This document shows positions 36,782 through 48,213 of a stretch of 64,000 nucleotides of DNA, piece after piece; the first letter of the stretch is position 1, and the number at the start of each line of letters is the position of its first letter. A program made the position numbers and the translations under genes. The notes below the pieces were generated by a model. The model searched no databases, was not told the DNA's origin, and saw only the letters and a list, made by a program, of their open reading frames with translations. The DNA is from Bdellovibrio sp. (lineage in GTDB: Bacteria > Bdellovibrionota > Bdellovibrionia > Bdellovibrionales > Bdellovibrionaceae). Location of the stretch: contig JAKFBS010000001.1 of the NCBI GenBank assembly GCA_036677065.1, positions 320,001 to 384,000 on the forward strand. Direction: 5' to 3'.

Positions 36782-37315
36782 ATGGCTTCTGCATTTTCAC
36801 ATATCATTATACCTATCGCTTTAAAAATTGCCGGTAGAAAAAACAGCATACCTTGGAGACTTTTGTTTCTGGGAATGTTCTTATCTGTGGCTCCAGACTT
36901 TGATTCGATCGCTTTTAAATTCGGAATTCCTTATGAATCTCAGTGGGGTCACCGGGGTTTTACTCATTCTATCGTCTTTGCGATTGTTGTAGCGCTAGTG
37001 TGTTCACGCTTTAGCAAATCATTTTTAGCTAAGCCTAAAACAGTATTTCTATTTTCATTTTTATCTATGCTTTCACATTCTTTGTTAGATGCGCTGACTA
37101 ATGGTGGATTGGGCGTAGCACTTTTTTGGCCATTTGATTCGGAACGCTATTTTTTACCGTGGCGGGTGATCGAAGTGTCTCCGATTAGTATTTCAAGATT
37201 TTTTACTGAAAGAAGCCTTTCTGTCTTGAGTTCAGAATTTATCTATATTTGGCTACCTTGTTTAAGTGCTGCCGGTCTATTATGTTTATTACGAGGTAGA
37301 AGTAATGCCCGCTAG
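36782..37315 (+). CDS. membrane metal-dependent hydrolase (YbcI/YdjM-like)
   Basis: SH, PD.D, GHRGFTHS, SH..LD..T.GG.G. Confidence 0.9.
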   Translation: MASAFSHIIIPIALKIAGRKNSIPWRLLFLGMFLSVAPDFDSIAFKFGIPYESQWGHRGFTHSIVFAIVVALVCSRFSKSFLAKPKTVFLFSFLSMLSHSLLDALTNGGLGVALFWPFDSERYFLPWRVIEVSPISISRFFTERSLSVLSSEFIYIWLPCLSAAGLLCLLRGRSNAR

Positions 37316-37685
37316 AACTTATCGTTATAATTCAGAATGGATGCCGAAAGGTTTTCAGCATGATTTTGATGCGCATATTTATTTTTCTTTTGCACAATTA
37401 GAATTTGTTAAATCATTACATGAAAAGATTGGTGCTGCTTTTAATCACAGCGAAATTTTTGTCGGTGATATTATCCCTGAACCTATTGGTCCACACACGT
37501 TACCGATGTTAGAAGTGAATTTTTCACGGGCTCAATATGAAAAATTTGTAACCTGGTTGCAACATGAACGCGGTTCATTAAATGTTTTAGTGCATCCACA
37601 AAGCGGCGATGACTATGACGATCACACAAATGGTGCGGTTTGGTTAGGAACGCCCGTAGATATTAAACTGGAAGTGTTTAAATGA
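37305..37685 (+). CDS. DOPA 4,5-dioxygenase-family protein
   Basis: DAHIYF, PIGPH, WL...RG.L.VLVHP, DH...A.WLG. Confidence 0.88.
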   Translation: MPARTYRYNSEWMPKGFQHDFDAHIYFSFAQLEFVKSLHEKIGAAFNHSEIFVGDIIPEPIGPHTLPMLEVNFSRAQYEKFVTWLQHERGSLNVLVHPQSGDDYDDHTNGAVWLGTPVDIKLEVFK

Positions 37686-37699
37686 GAAAAGAGCAATAA

Positions 37700-37885
37700 A
37701 TGGATGAATCAGATTTTGAAGGCACCTTAGTTTTAGAAAAACTTGCAGCAATTGATAAAGTCGATGCCTTTATGGAAGCGGTTGATTCAGATGATTTTGA
37801 TCGCGCAAAGTTATTAATGAAAAAAGCTAAAGTTGACTCTGAAACTATCGCTGTAGTTTTAAAGAAAATGCTGGCTGCCGAATAG
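37700..37885 (+). CDS. small acidic hypothetical protein
   Basis: 61 aa, co-oriented with its neighbours. Confidence 0.6.
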   Translation: MDESDFEGTLVLEKLAAIDKVDAFMEAVDSDDFDRAKLLMKKAKVDSETIAVVLKKMLAAE

Positions 37886-37934
37886 CACATATATTGCATT
37901 AACAATCCTATTCAATTTACGAAAGGATACAGTT

Positions 37935-38468
37935 ATGCAAGAAAGCACAACGCAGAATAGCCAAGGGACAAAACAGAACCTTAATGTAGAAAAATACCCT
38001 CTGGTTCAGTTAACGCGAAAATTTGCCGCACCGGTTGACCGTGTTTGGCAAGCTTGGACTATGCCAGAACTTGTTAAACAATGGTGGGGCCCAGAAAACT
38101 ATTCATGTCCTGAAGCAAAAATCGATTTACGCAAAGGTGGAAAAATGCTTCTTGCGATGAAGGGCCCTGATGAGAAAATCGTCTATAGCGGCGGCACAAT
38201 TGAAGAACTTATTCCTGAGACAAAGCTCGTAACAACAGATCAGTTTATGGATAAAGACGGCAATGTCATGTCTGCTAAAGATTATGGTATGCCTGGTGAC
38301 TGGCCTGAAGATGGCAGTCGTATCACTGTTGAATTTAGCAGTTTAGGTACAGACGAATCACAAATTCAGATTGTTCATGAAGGCATTCCCAAAGACATGC
38401 ACGATGACTGTGTGGATGGCTGGTCTTCTTCAATTGATAAATTACAAAGATTGGTTGAGCGCTCTTAG
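37935..38468 (+). CDS. SRPBCC/Aha1-domain protein
   Basis: APVDRVWQAWT.PE...WWGP, GW.SS.DKL. Confidence 0.9.
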   Translation: MQESTTQNSQGTKQNLNVEKYPLVQLTRKFAAPVDRVWQAWTMPELVKQWWGPENYSCPEAKIDLRKGGKMLLAMKGPDEKIVYSGGTIEELIPETKLVTTDQFMDKDGNVMSAKDYGMPGDWPEDGSRITVEFSSLGTDESQIQIVHEGIPKDMHDDCVDGWSSSIDKLQRLVERS

Positions 38469-38480
38469 AAAGTATATTGC

Positions 38481-38852
38481 ATGGTTGCTGAACAACGACT
38501 TCGGTTAATAATGAGTTTTCAAATTCTACTTTTTATTATGGGGGCTTTATCACATGCTGGTTATTTGCCATTTAGCTATGTGCACTTTCAGGCTCGCCTA
38601 GCCGAGTCGGTGATCGCCGTGCTTCTGACTATTGGCTTGGCATCTACGTTCACTCAAAAAACCTGGAAGTATAAACTGACGACGGCCACCCAAGTTTTAT
38701 CGTTATTCGCGACCTTGGTGGGCGTAGTCATGATTAGTATTGGCGTGGGGCCGCAGACGAATTTTGATTACGGCCTTCATGCTGTTATGATTATTCTATT
38801 TTTAGTGGCTTTGAAAATGTTAGTTCAGCCGAATCGCATAGCTCTTAGATAA
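38481..38852 (+). CDS. hypothetical 4-TM membrane protein
   Basis: four hydrophobic segments. Confidence 0.65.
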   Translation: MVAEQRLRLIMSFQILLFIMGALSHAGYLPFSYVHFQARLAESVIAVLLTIGLASTFTQKTWKYKLTTATQVLSLFATLVGVVMISIGVGPQTNFDYGLHAVMIILFLVALKMLVQPNRIALR

Positions 38853-38921
38853 CAACGCGCTGTTAAAGATTTAACAAATTTTGTGTTGTTCGATACGCTA
38901 ATCCCTTGTCTGGAGGGGTTT

Positions 38922-40181
38922 ATGTCGTTTTTCATTGTGTTACTTCTTTCTGTGCCATCGTGGGCCATTAGCCTTGATGAGGCCGTGCAATCGTCATTAC
39001 AAAAAAATGAATTTGTTTCGCAAAGCCGGTCGCAAGTAAAACAATCTGAAGAAGCCGTTGATCAAATTCGTGGAAATATCTTTCCAACGATTTCGTTAAA
39101 TGCATCTTACTTGCGCCAACCGCGTTTGGCAGATCCGATTGCTGCAGCCATTTTTCCTGAAGAGCAGACGACAACCAACATTGAGTTAACACAACCGCTA
39201 TTTCGTGGCTTTCGTGAATTTGCAGCCCTTGATCGACAAAAAGATCTGCGATCAGCGCAAAAAAATACTCATCTTGTTCAAATGATGGATATCTATCAAC
39301 AAGTGGCCGCAAGTTATTTAGATGTGTTATCACTGCAGCAAGATATTCGTAATCTTGAAGCTCAGCAAAAAATTTATAAAGATCGTGTGCGAGATTTGCA
39401 AGGCCGCGCCCGTCGTGGAGAATCAAGTTCTACAGAAACTCTGACAGCGCAATCTACAGCAGCTGCTTTAGATGCTGAATACCAAATTCAAAATTCTAGA
39501 TTGCGTGCCGCTCGCGAAAACTTTTCGTTACTTACCGGACTACCAGCTGAAACAGAAGTCACTGATCTTCCTGAAAATGAAACCAGACAATTGCTAAAAC
39601 CTCTTGAAGATTATTTAAGTCGTATTGAAGACCGACCTGATATGAAAGCTTCTAAAATGATGGCCTCAGCTGCAGATGAAGAGGTTTCAATTGCCAAAGG
39701 TGCACACTGGCCAACGATTGATTTAACCGGCAATTATTATTTTACGCGCCCTGAAGGTTTTAGTGAAGATCTTGATTGGGATGTGCAATTGCGTGCGACA
39801 CTTCCGCTTTTTGAAGGCGGAGTCACACAATCTAAAGTGCGCATGGCTGTATTACAGCGTTCAGAAAAAGACCTAGCCGCAAATCAAATGCGCCGTAAAG
39901 CAGAAGCCGAAATTAAATCACTGTTTGATGCACTAAGAATGAGAGTCGATCAGTTAAAAGCTTTAAAACTTGCGTCTGATTTATCAGAAAAAAATTATCA
40001 ATTGTTACTTCGTGATTCGCGCCGTGGTTTAGCCAGAAGCCTTGATGTGCAAATGGGTTTAACTGAATACCGTTTGGCAAAACGCAATTACGATCAGGCT
40101 CGCTATCAAGCGCGCTTAGAGCGTATTCGTTTAGATTTAGCTTCGGCACAAATTCCATCTATTTTAAGTAAGGAAATGTAG
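38922..40181 (+). CDS. TolC-family outer-membrane efflux protein
   Basis: signal peptide; duplicated P.I.L...Y / PLF.G repeats; GGAGG RBS before ATG 38922. Confidence 0.9.
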   Translation: MSFFIVLLLSVPSWAISLDEAVQSSLQKNEFVSQSRSQVKQSEEAVDQIRGNIFPTISLNASYLRQPRLADPIAAAIFPEEQTTTNIELTQPLFRGFREFAALDRQKDLRSAQKNTHLVQMMDIYQQVAASYLDVLSLQQDIRNLEAQQKIYKDRVRDLQGRARRGESSSTETLTAQSTAAALDAEYQIQNSRLRAARENFSLLTGLPAETEVTDLPENETRQLLKPLEDYLSRIEDRPDMKASKMMASAADEEVSIAKGAHWPTIDLTGNYYFTRPEGFSEDLDWDVQLRATLPLFEGGVTQSKVRMAVLQRSEKDLAANQMRRKAEAEIKSLFDALRMRVDQLKALKLASDLSEKNYQLLLRDSRRGLARSLDVQMGLTEYRLAKRNYDQARYQARLERIRLDLASAQIPSILSKEM

Positions 40182-40183
40182 TC

Positions 40184-43100
40184 ATGACTCTTTCAGATTT
40201 ATCGATTAAAAGACCAGTTTTTGCATGGATGTTGATGTTTGGTTTGATTGTCTTCGGGGCGATTAGCTTTACGCGTATGGGTGTCAGCGACATGCCCGAT
40301 GTTGAATTTCCGATTATTGCCTTAACCGCAAGATACGAAGGAGCTGCTCCTGAAGTTATTGAAGCTGATGTGGTTGATCCGTTAGAAGACGTGCTGATCA
40401 GCATTCAAGGCATCAAAAATATTACCTCTAAGTCACGCGTTGGTGTGGCTGAAATCACTTTAGAATTTGATTTAAACCGCGATATCGATGCCGCCTTTCA
40501 AGATGTGCAGGCAAAAATTTCGCAAGCCCAAGAAATGCTTCCGCCGGCAATGGAACCCATTACGGCGATGAAAATTGCGATCTCTGAATTTCCGATCATG
40601 TGGATTTCAGTGACCAGCGATAAGATGAAATTAAATGATCTGATGGTGTTTGTTAAAAATGATATTCGTGACCGCATCACCACTGTGCCTGGGGTGGGAA
40701 ATTTGTGGATGCCAGGTTATTTAGAACCAAACTTACGTGTCTGGGTTGATAACAAGGCACTACAGCAATATGCACTTTCAATTAACGATGTGGTTGAAAA
40801 TATTCAAAATGAACATCGCGAACCGCCATCAGGACGAACTGAATATAATAAAAAAGAATACAGTCTGCGTACGCTGGGCGAAGAAAAAGATGTCACCAAG
40901 TTTTCTAATATTTTACTGAACTCTCGTGGTGGTGGGCCCAATTTTAATCCGGTACCACTTTCAAGGGTAGCGCGGGTTGAAGAAGGCACGGTCGATGTTT
41001 TGCAATTTGCCCGCACCAATGGTGCGCCCGCAGTGGGTTTAGGGGTTGTTAAACAGCGCGGAGCCAATGCAGTCACTGTGGCCAGGGGGGTGAAAGAACG
41101 TATTGCTGAAATTCAAAAAACCCTGCCTGAAGGCACAAACATCGTTGTCAACTTTGACGGAACCAAATTCGTTGAAGAATCAGTTTTTGAATTAATATTA
41201 ACTTTAGGGTTAGCAGCATTGTTAACTTCACTGGTGTGTTGGGTATTTATCGGTTCGTGGTCTTCAACGATCAATGTCTTACTGGCTATTCCGACTTCAG
41301 TGCTTGGAAGTTTTATTATTCTTAATTATTTAAATTTCACGTTAAATATTTTTACACTTTTGGGTTTAAGTTTAGCGATTGGTATTGTCGTCGATGATGC
41401 GATCATGGTCTTAGAAAATATTATTCGTCACCGCGAAAAAGGCAAAGGGCGCAAAGAAGCCGCTATTTTCGGGGCGCGTGAAATTACTTTTGCTGCGGTT
41501 GCAGCTTCTGTATCGTTAATCGCGATTTTTTTACCGATTGCTTTTATGGAAGGTATTGTCGGGCGTTTTTTATTTGAATTCGGTGTTACCCTAAGTGCTG
41601 CCGTGATGATTTCATTACTTGAAGCTTTAACACTGACACCGATGCGTGCTTCGCAATTTAAAGGCAGCATTGAGCGCACTTCTAAATTTGGTCATCTGTT
41701 TGAAGCCAAGTTTCTTCGCTTACGTGATTTTTATCATCGCACCTTAGAATATTCGTTAAATCACCGCTGGAAAGTCATCGGCGGGTCAGTTGTATTTTTT
41801 GTTCTAAGCTTTGGTTCAGCTGCTTTCTTAAAAGGTGAATTTCAACCAGCACAAGATCAAAGTATGTTAATGATCCAAATCACCAACCCTCCAGGATCAG
41901 CGATCACTTTAACTGACGAGCGCGCAAAATTGATTGAAGACTACCTAAAAAATCGCAGTGAAGTGAATTCTTACTTCGTGGCAGCCGGGGGCTTTACCGG
42001 TGGTGAAACTAATGCAGCGATTGTCTTCGTAGAATTAAAACCGAAAGGCCAGCGCGGGATTGATCCAGAAAAGAAAAAAGAATTAAGCCAACAAGAATTA
42101 ATCGAAATCGTGCGTGAATATTTAGTTAAAGCATTACCTGATGCAAAACCACAGGTACAAGATCCATCAACCCAAGGTTTTGGCGGTGGTGGCGGCAGTG
42201 GTTATCCGGTTGAATTTACGATTCAAGGACCAAACTGGAATGAACTTGGTAAAATGGCTGAACAAATCATTAAAGAGGTCACTGATAAAAAAGTGATGAC
42301 TGACGTAAATTCAGATTTATTAACTGGCGCTCCTGAAATGCATATTATCCCGAATCGGCAAAAAGCCTCAGACCGCGGTGTTGCAGTAACGGCAGTTGGT
42401 ATGGCGGTAAACGCTGGATTAGGCGGAGCCATTGCCGGTTCGATTGAAAAAGCCGGGCATCGTTATGATATCAGAGTAAAACTTGAAGAAGATGGTAAGT
42501 CGCCGAAAGATCGCATTATGTCATTGTATGTGCGTAATAATCGCGGTGAGTTGGTTCCAATTTCTTCTGTGGTAGAAATAAAAGAAGAAACTGTGGCCTC
42601 TTCGATTTCTAGAAAAAACCGTGAGCGCGCGATCACTATTTTTGGTAACGTCGGTACCGGCTTAAGTCAGCAAGAGACCTTAACGAAAGCTGAAGAGATC
42701 GCAAAAGCTGCGCTAAAAGAAGGTTACACGTTTAACTTGAGTGGTTCTGCCGAAGAGTTTATGAAAAGTTTTATCGGCCTAGTCGTCACGCTGGTCTTAG
42801 GATTTCTAGTGGCCTACATGGTGTTAGCTTCGCAGTTTAATAGTTTTATTGATCCGATCACGGTGTTTGTGGCGTTGCCGTTCAGTTTTTCAGGAGCGTT
42901 TATCGCCTTACTAATGGGCGGGCAGACGCTGAACTTATTTAGTATGATTGGTTTTATTTTATTAATGGGTATCGTGAAAAAGAATTCGATTCTATTAGTG
43001 GATTTTACAAATCAAATGCGTGAAGGTGGCAGTGATGTGAAATCTGCATTACTTGAAGCATGTCCGAACAGACTGCGTCCGATTTTAATGACATCAATTG

Positions 43101-43282
43101 CTACTATTGCCGGTGCCATTCCAGCAGCGATGAGTTTTGGTCCTGGTGCTGAAGCCCGTCAGCCGATGGCGATTGCGGTCATTGGTGGAGTATTGGTTTC
43201 AACGTTATTAACATTGTATGTGGTGCCGAGTGTTTACAGCATGCTTTCGCGATTTAGTCATTCGCACCGTGAAGATTCGTAA
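40184..43282 (+). CDS. RND-family efflux permease (AcrB/D/F)
   Basis: 1032 aa; SIKRPVFA, GIVVDDAI.VLENI, KNSILLVDF, RLRPILMT. Confidence 0.96.
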   Translation: MTLSDLSIKRPVFAWMLMFGLIVFGAISFTRMGVSDMPDVEFPIIALTARYEGAAPEVIEADVVDPLEDVLISIQGIKNITSKSRVGVAEITLEFDLNRDIDAAFQDVQAKISQAQEMLPPAMEPITAMKIAISEFPIMWISVTSDKMKLNDLMVFVKNDIRDRITTVPGVGNLWMPGYLEPNLRVWVDNKALQQYALSINDVVENIQNEHREPPSGRTEYNKKEYSLRTLGEEKDVTKFSNILLNSRGGGPNFNPVPLSRVARVEEGTVDVLQFARTNGAPAVGLGVVKQRGANAVTVARGVKERIAEIQKTLPEGTNIVVNFDGTKFVEESVFELILTLGLAALLTSLVCWVFIGSWSSTINVLLAIPTSVLGSFIILNYLNFTLNIFTLLGLSLAIGIVVDDAIMVLENIIRHREKGKGRKEAAIFGAREITFAAVAASVSLIAIFLPIAFMEGIVGRFLFEFGVTLSAAVMISLLEALTLTPMRASQFKGSIERTSKFGHLFEAKFLRLRDFYHRTLEYSLNHRWKVIGGSVVFFVLSFGSAAFLKGEFQPAQDQSMLMIQITNPPGSAITLTDERAKLIEDYLKNRSEVNSYFVAAGGFTGGETNAAIVFVELKPKGQRGIDPEKKKELSQQELIEIVREYLVKALPDAKPQVQDPSTQGFGGGGGSGYPVEFTIQGPNWNELGKMAEQIIKEVTDKKVMTDVNSDLLTGAPEMHIIPNRQKASDRGVAVTAVGMAVNAGLGGAIAGSIEKAGHRYDIRVKLEEDGKSPKDRIMSLYVRNNRGELVPISSVVEIKEETVASSISRKNRERAITIFGNVGTGLSQQETLTKAEEIAKAALKEGYTFNLSGSAEEFMKSFIGLVVTLVLGFLVAYMVLASQFNSFIDPITVFVALPFSFSGAFIALLMGGQTLNLFSMIGFILLMGIVKKNSILLVDFTNQMREGGSDVKSALLEACPNRLRPILMTSIATIAGAIPAAMSFGPGAEARQPMAIAVIGGVLVSTLLTLYVVPSVYSMLSRFSHSHREDS

Positions 43283-43388
43283 GAAGTTCCATTATTATGG
43301 AGCGCTTTTAGTGTTTCAAACTTAGAAACTTCTTATGCAAGATAGTCGCTGACCCCGTTTGACCGCATACTGAATAAGTCATCGGGGG

Positions 43389-45443
43389 ATGTTTATGCGC
43401 AAAACGAGTGTTTTGATCACTTTACTTTTATGTTTTGTTCTTTTTCAAAATTTTACATCAGCTCCTGGAACTCACAAAGTCATTGGCCGGATTGATTCAG
43501 TTTCGTCTGCTGCTGATGGCTCAACAGTTATTTCTGGTTGGACTTGTGATTCTGGCAAATCAAATTCAATTAATGCGCATCTTTATATAGGCGGTGCTGC
43601 GGGTGCGGGTGGTGTCTATGTAAAATCTATTACAGCTGCATTGCGATCAGAACCGGCAGTGGGTAAGGCGTGTAACGATGTTACCAATTCACCGCATAGA
43701 TTTAAATTTGAAATGCCTTATGAATTTTCAGAAAAATATGCTGGCCAAAAAATTTATGTGCATGGAATTTCAGTATCAGGTGGTAGAAATCTTTTTATTG
43801 GCCGCTCAGGCGAATTCGTAGTTCCTAAACCGCATAGCCAAATTGTTGGTTTTATAGATGGTATTATTCTTAATCCACAAAAAAACGGTTATCTTATTCG
43901 TGGCTGGGCCTGCCAAGCAGGCGCTGAACAATCAGTTTCGGTGCATGCGTATTTTGGTCTTCCCGCAGGACAAGGTGTGGTTGCAAAAATGGCCATCGCC
44001 GATTTAGCCAGTACTTCAGCTATTGCAGAAAAATGTCAGACTACATTAAAAAAACATACATTTAGTATTCCTTTAAGTTTACGCGAATATAATCGTTACG
44101 CCGGACAAAAACTTTATGTTTACGGAATTTCAACATTAGCAGGGGGAGCGAACCGTCAACTGGCGCGTTCTGGTCTGCATGCACCTAATGAACCATCTTT
44201 TGATGAAGTGTCTTGTGAAAATTGGGATGGCGTTGTTGATAGAAATATTCGCCTGGCTGCAGGCTGCGCTTTTAAAGGCCAGGTTTTATTTAAAGGCCCT
44301 GATCATACTCTGGATTGTAATAATGCAAGCATCAGTAACAACGACACTGTAGTCTCAGGAACCATCGGGCAAGGCATTGGATTATATCCGGCAAAATCGG
44401 CTTGTGAAAGTGCAGCGATTGCGACTGATGTTGCCTATCAATATTTTGAAGATCCCCGTGTCGATGGCAGCGTGGTTAAAAATTGCAATGTCAGTGGGTT
44501 TAAATTTGGTGTCTACTTTAGACGTCAAGTGTGGATTAAATCTAAAGTCAGCGGCAGTTGTGTGCTTTTAGGCGAATTTAATTCTGCCGATTCAAGAAAA
44601 GGCACATTTATTGATGTTGATTTCTACCTCGGTGGCCGTAATAAAAGATCAGCTTTTAATCCCAGCTTTATCACACTTCGTAATGTGAATGTGTCGAATT
44701 CAAAAACGGATGGAATTTTTGTGAATGAATACGCGACGAATTGGTTAATCGAACAAAGTTCAGCAATAGGAAATTCAGTTGGGCTTTATCTTGAAAGAGA
44801 AAGCGTCGGCACAAAAATCTATAATTCAGTCATTAAAGATAACCGTCATGTCGGAATTGCCATCGATGCTTCGGCAAAAAACATGATTGATCGAAATGTG
44901 ATTGATCATAATGGTTATGCGGGTATTTCGCTGTATAAAAACTGTGGCGAAGCTAATGGTGTTCCGCGCTACCTACATGCAAATCATAACGTCATCAAAC
45001 GCAACAGCATTAAAAATCATTCTTCTGGGTTTGGTCTGACAACATTAACAACAAACTATTTAAAAAGTTCTGATATTAACAGAGCAGGCGTGGGTATTTG
45101 GATCGCCTCGCGCCAAAGTATGACTTCTGAATCTATTTTAAAGGCTTATCCTAATGCCACAAAAGCCTGTGTTGATAGCCCAGTGATGGTTTCTGGAAGT
45201 GAAGTTTATAAAGATTATTCAGCTCACAATATTATTCAGCAAAATGACATGTCAGATAACCGACTGGCCAATATTATTGTCGAAGATGACAATAATAGTA
45301 TTCAGAACAATAAGTTTTTTACGACAGGGTCTATTTCAACATATGCAGATGTCATTCTGGGGCCTGTAAATGGAAGTATTATTTCAGAAAATATTTCGAC
45401 ATCACAGAATATTAAGGGAAGTGTGTTTCACTTTGGTGAATAA
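43389..45443 (+). CDS. secreted protein: two tandem beta-sandwich-like repeats plus a right-handed parallel beta-helix
   Basis: two G.ID....I.GW.C...YAGQK.YV.GIS..GG.N....SG repeats; Asn-ladder N...GI repeats in the C-terminal half. Confidence 0.8.
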   Translation: MFMRKTSVLITLLLCFVLFQNFTSAPGTHKVIGRIDSVSSAADGSTVISGWTCDSGKSNSINAHLYIGGAAGAGGVYVKSITAALRSEPAVGKACNDVTNSPHRFKFEMPYEFSEKYAGQKIYVHGISVSGGRNLFIGRSGEFVVPKPHSQIVGFIDGIILNPQKNGYLIRGWACQAGAEQSVSVHAYFGLPAGQGVVAKMAIADLASTSAIAEKCQTTLKKHTFSIPLSLREYNRYAGQKLYVYGISTLAGGANRQLARSGLHAPNEPSFDEVSCENWDGVVDRNIRLAAGCAFKGQVLFKGPDHTLDCNNASISNNDTVVSGTIGQGIGLYPAKSACESAAIATDVAYQYFEDPRVDGSVVKNCNVSGFKFGVYFRRQVWIKSKVSGSCVLLGEFNSADSRKGTFIDVDFYLGGRNKRSAFNPSFITLRNVNVSNSKTDGIFVNEYATNWLIEQSSAIGNSVGLYLERESVGTKIYNSVIKDNRHVGIAIDASAKNMIDRNVIDHNGYAGISLYKNCGEANGVPRYLHANHNVIKRNSIKNHSSGFGLTTLTTNYLKSSDINRAGVGIWIASRQSMTSESILKAYPNATKACVDSPVMVSGSEVYKDYSAHNIIQQNDMSDNRLANIIVEDDNNSIQNNKFFTTGSISTYADVILGPVNGSIISENISTSQNIKGSVFHFGE

Positions 45444-45448
45444 TAAAA

Positions 45449-47185
45449 CTATAGTTCTTCAGCAAAGACTTTTTCTGTGATTTTCCAGAACTTATCTTGT
45501 TTTCTGGCGATCACAAACGCAGGTAGGCGAAATAACTTTTGATATTTTACGACATCCATCGGATTTGTAAATTCATCGGCTAGTTCTGGGCGTCGTAAAT
45601 GCGAACGTAAAAAATTAATATTAAATTTCTTAAGCGAAGTCGGATTACTAAAAAAATGGGCTTCGCTGATATATTGTGAATCCAGATCGTAATATCTGAT
45701 TTCTAGATACGGATTAGAATTTTTATCTTTACGCTCTTCAAATGAAATGCGGTCTGGCGTCAGCACATGCGCATTTTTAGAAAGTCTGGCTTGTTTTAAT
45801 TTTGCATCAGCATCAATAAGTACAGCTTTACAGTTATCACAAGCTTTAGCGGTGATATCGTTTTCACCACCACAGCTATGACAAATCTTAGATCTAAATC
45901 TGTACCCACACGGAACAATTTTAAAAGTATCGGGATCTTGTTTGGCGCCACGGCATTTTCTGCCGAAGTGTTCATACACAATGCCATCATTATCTGCATA
46001 ACCCCAGAAATCATTCACATGATCACACACCGGGCAAGGCACTTGTACAGCGACAGTATCTTTAGCAGGGCGTTTATCGCTGATTTCAGGAGTAAAGATA
46101 TCATGGCCCATGCCAGTATAATCTAGGATATAACAATCTTTTTTATCATCTGATAAGCGCAAGCCACGGCCGACAATTTGTTGGTATAAACTATTTGATT
46201 CTGTCGGGCGAAGAATCGCGATGACATCCACATGAGGGGCATCAAAACCTGTCGTTAATACTGAAACATTCACTAGGTATTTAAATTTTTTCTTTTTGAA
46301 ATCATTAATGATGTCGTTACGTTCGCTCATTTCAGTATCGCCAATAACCATGCGGGCATCACCCTTAGGTAAATAGCTCATGATTTCTTCAGCATGTTTA
46401 ATTGTGCTGCTAAAAATCATCACACCTTTACGGTTATATTTTTCAGTGATGTCGATAATATTTTTAATAATTAAGGGCGTCAGGCGCTTTTGGCTATTTA
46501 AAATTTCTTCGATTTCAGCTGTGGTGTAGGAGCGATTTTTTTCGGTTAATTCAGAAAAATCATAACAAGTAACCGGAATATCCACTTTTACCGGCTGGGT
46601 AAGAAATTTATTTTTAATCATGTACGACAGCGGCAGCTCGAACACACACTGTTTAAAAAAGCGATTTTTTTCGGTTTTAAGTTCACCTAGATTTGAATAT
46701 TCGTAAATCCAGCCTACACCTAAGCGATACGGCGTGGCTGTGAGCCCTAAAATACAAAGTTCGGGGTTACGCTCTAGCAGCTTGCTGATAACACTTTGAT
46801 ATTGCGTTGAACCTTCTTCATCGACCCGGTGACATTCATCAATGACTAATAATGAAAAATTCTCGAAAAAATTATCTGGCGCACGTGCTACCGATTGTAC
46901 GCTGCCAAAAATGGCTTTGTGATCCCAGTCTTTTTTGCCAAGACTTGCAGAAAAAATTCCGGCAGATAAGCCGTAGCTTTTATATTTTTCATAGTTTTGT
47001 TCAACCAGTTCTTTAACGTGCGCTAAAACTAAGACGCGGCCTTTGGCAATGCGCGCAAGTTCTGCGATAACTAAACTTTTACCGGCGCCCGTAGGCAAGA
47101 CGATAACAGCAGGCACGCGTTTTTTTTGAAAAAACTTAATCGTGTTATTTACAGCCTGTTGTTGGTAATCGCGTAGCTTATACAT
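45449..47185 (-). CDS. radD: RadD/YejH DNA-repair helicase
   Basis: [36 protein letters not shown]-terminal Zn-finger Cys pairs. Confidence 0.88.
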   Translation of the reverse strand: MYKLRDYQQQAVNNTIKFFQKKRVPAVIVLPTGAGKSLVIAELARIAKGRVLVLAHVKELVEQNYEKYKSYGLSAGIFSASLGKKDWDHKAIFGSVQSVARAPDNFFENFSLLVIDECHRVDEEGSTQYQSVISKLLERNPELCILGLTATPYRLGVGWIYEYSNLGELKTEKNRFFKQCVFELPLSYMIKNKFLTQPVKVDIPVTCYDFSELTEKNRSYTTAEIEEILNSQKRLTPLIIKNIIDITEKYNRKGVMIFSSTIKHAEEIMSYLPKGDARMVIGDTEMSERNDIINDFKKKKFKYLVNVSVLTTGFDAPHVDVIAILRPTESNSLYQQIVGRGLRLSDDKKDCYILDYTGMGHDIFTPEISDKRPAKDTVAVQVPCPVCDHVNDFWGYADNDGIVYEHFGRKCRGAKQDPDTFKIVPCGYRFRSKICHSCGGENDITAKACDNCKAVLIDADAKLKQARLSKNAHVLTPDRISFEERKDKNSNPYLEIRYYDLDSQYISEAHFFSNPTSLKKFNINFLRSHLRRPELADEFTNPMDVVKYQKLFRLPAFVIARKQDKFWKITEKVFAEEL

Positions 47186-47210
47186 TTCAAGGCAGTATAA
47201 CCTTGATTAA

Positions 47211-47726
47211 TTAAAATGGCACTTCGATTTTATAAACATAGGATTTTTTTGGCGGACCGTACGAGATGACAACATCTTGAACGCCGGTATTAATAGCGCC
47301 GATTTTTTCCATCGCCTTTTGTGAGCGTTTATTGTTTAAACCGACTTGAAAATAAGTGGTTTTTACAAATTGTAAAGCGTAATTAACCACTAATTTTTTA
47401 AGCTCTTTATTGAAATTTCCGCCCCAGTATTTTCTGGTCATAAACGTATAACCGATGATCACTGAAGAGTCTTCTTTTGCATAATCATAAAAGCGGGTAG
47501 TTCCGATTATTTCATGGGTCGTGTGATCTATAATAACTAACGCACCTTTTGATTCCAGGGCTTCATTAAAAAAAGGTTTAAACACTTCTGCTTTATAGCG
47601 ATCTGATTGTGGGTGTTGCTCCCAAATCAGCGGATCAGATGCAGCTTTTAATAAATTATCGTAGTCTGCTTGTTGAAGTGGGCGCAGTTCAAGGCGTTCG
47701 CTGATTAAAGTGGGTTGCAGATTCAT
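47211..47726 (-). CDS. GNAT (RimJ/RimL-type) acetyltransferase
   Basis: IG.TRFY, IGYTF....WGG..N, N.RSQKA.EKIG. Confidence 0.88.
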   Translation of the reverse strand: MNLQPTLISERLELRPLQQADYDNLLKAASDPLIWEQHPQSDRYKAEVFKPFFNEALESKGALVIIDHTTHEIIGTTRFYDYAKEDSSVIIGYTFMTRKYWGGNFNKELKKLVVNYALQFVKTTYFQVGLNNKRSQKAMEKIGAINTGVQDVVISYGPPKKSYVYKIEVPF

Positions 47727-48181
47727 AATTTTTTATCTTTCTTTAAAGATTGAATAATGCGATCAAGTGTAGCTAAAAATTTTGACCGGGCTTGTTTATC
47801 CATCGGAGCAGGTCCACCACGCACTTCGCCCATGTGCCGAAGATTTTGCATCAGTTCTCGGCTAGCAACGGCAGATCCTATATTGTCTTCGGTAAATTCA
47901 TCACCTTTATGCCCTAGCACGCGGGCTAATTTTTTTACACAGCGTTCAGCTAATAAAATATCTGCCGTTACCACAATATCAAAAGCTTGGCATTGCTCGA
48001 CGATCCAATCATCGGCGGCATCAAAATTACCTTTAACGACAATCATTTCTAAAAGTGGATTTAATGGCAGATTTAAGGGTTTATTGGCAACAAGCACAAC
48101 ATTAAGCTGATAGCGCTCGGCCACGCGATAGACTTCTTCTTTCACGGGACAACCATCAGCATCTATAAATATTTTCGCCAT
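47723..48181 (-). CDS. YaiI/YqxD (DUF188) family protein
   Basis: [23 protein letters not shown]. Confidence 0.92.
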   Translation of the reverse strand: MAKIFIDADGCPVKEEVYRVAERYQLNVVLVANKPLNLPLNPLLEMIVVKGNFDAADDWIVEQCQAFDIVVTADILLAERCVKKLARVLGHKGDEFTEDNIGSAVASRELMQNLRHMGEVRGGPAPMDKQARSKFLATLDRIIQSLKKDKKL

Positions 48182-48213
48182 GGGCTTATGCTACACTTAA
48201 CAGCGCCAATAAA

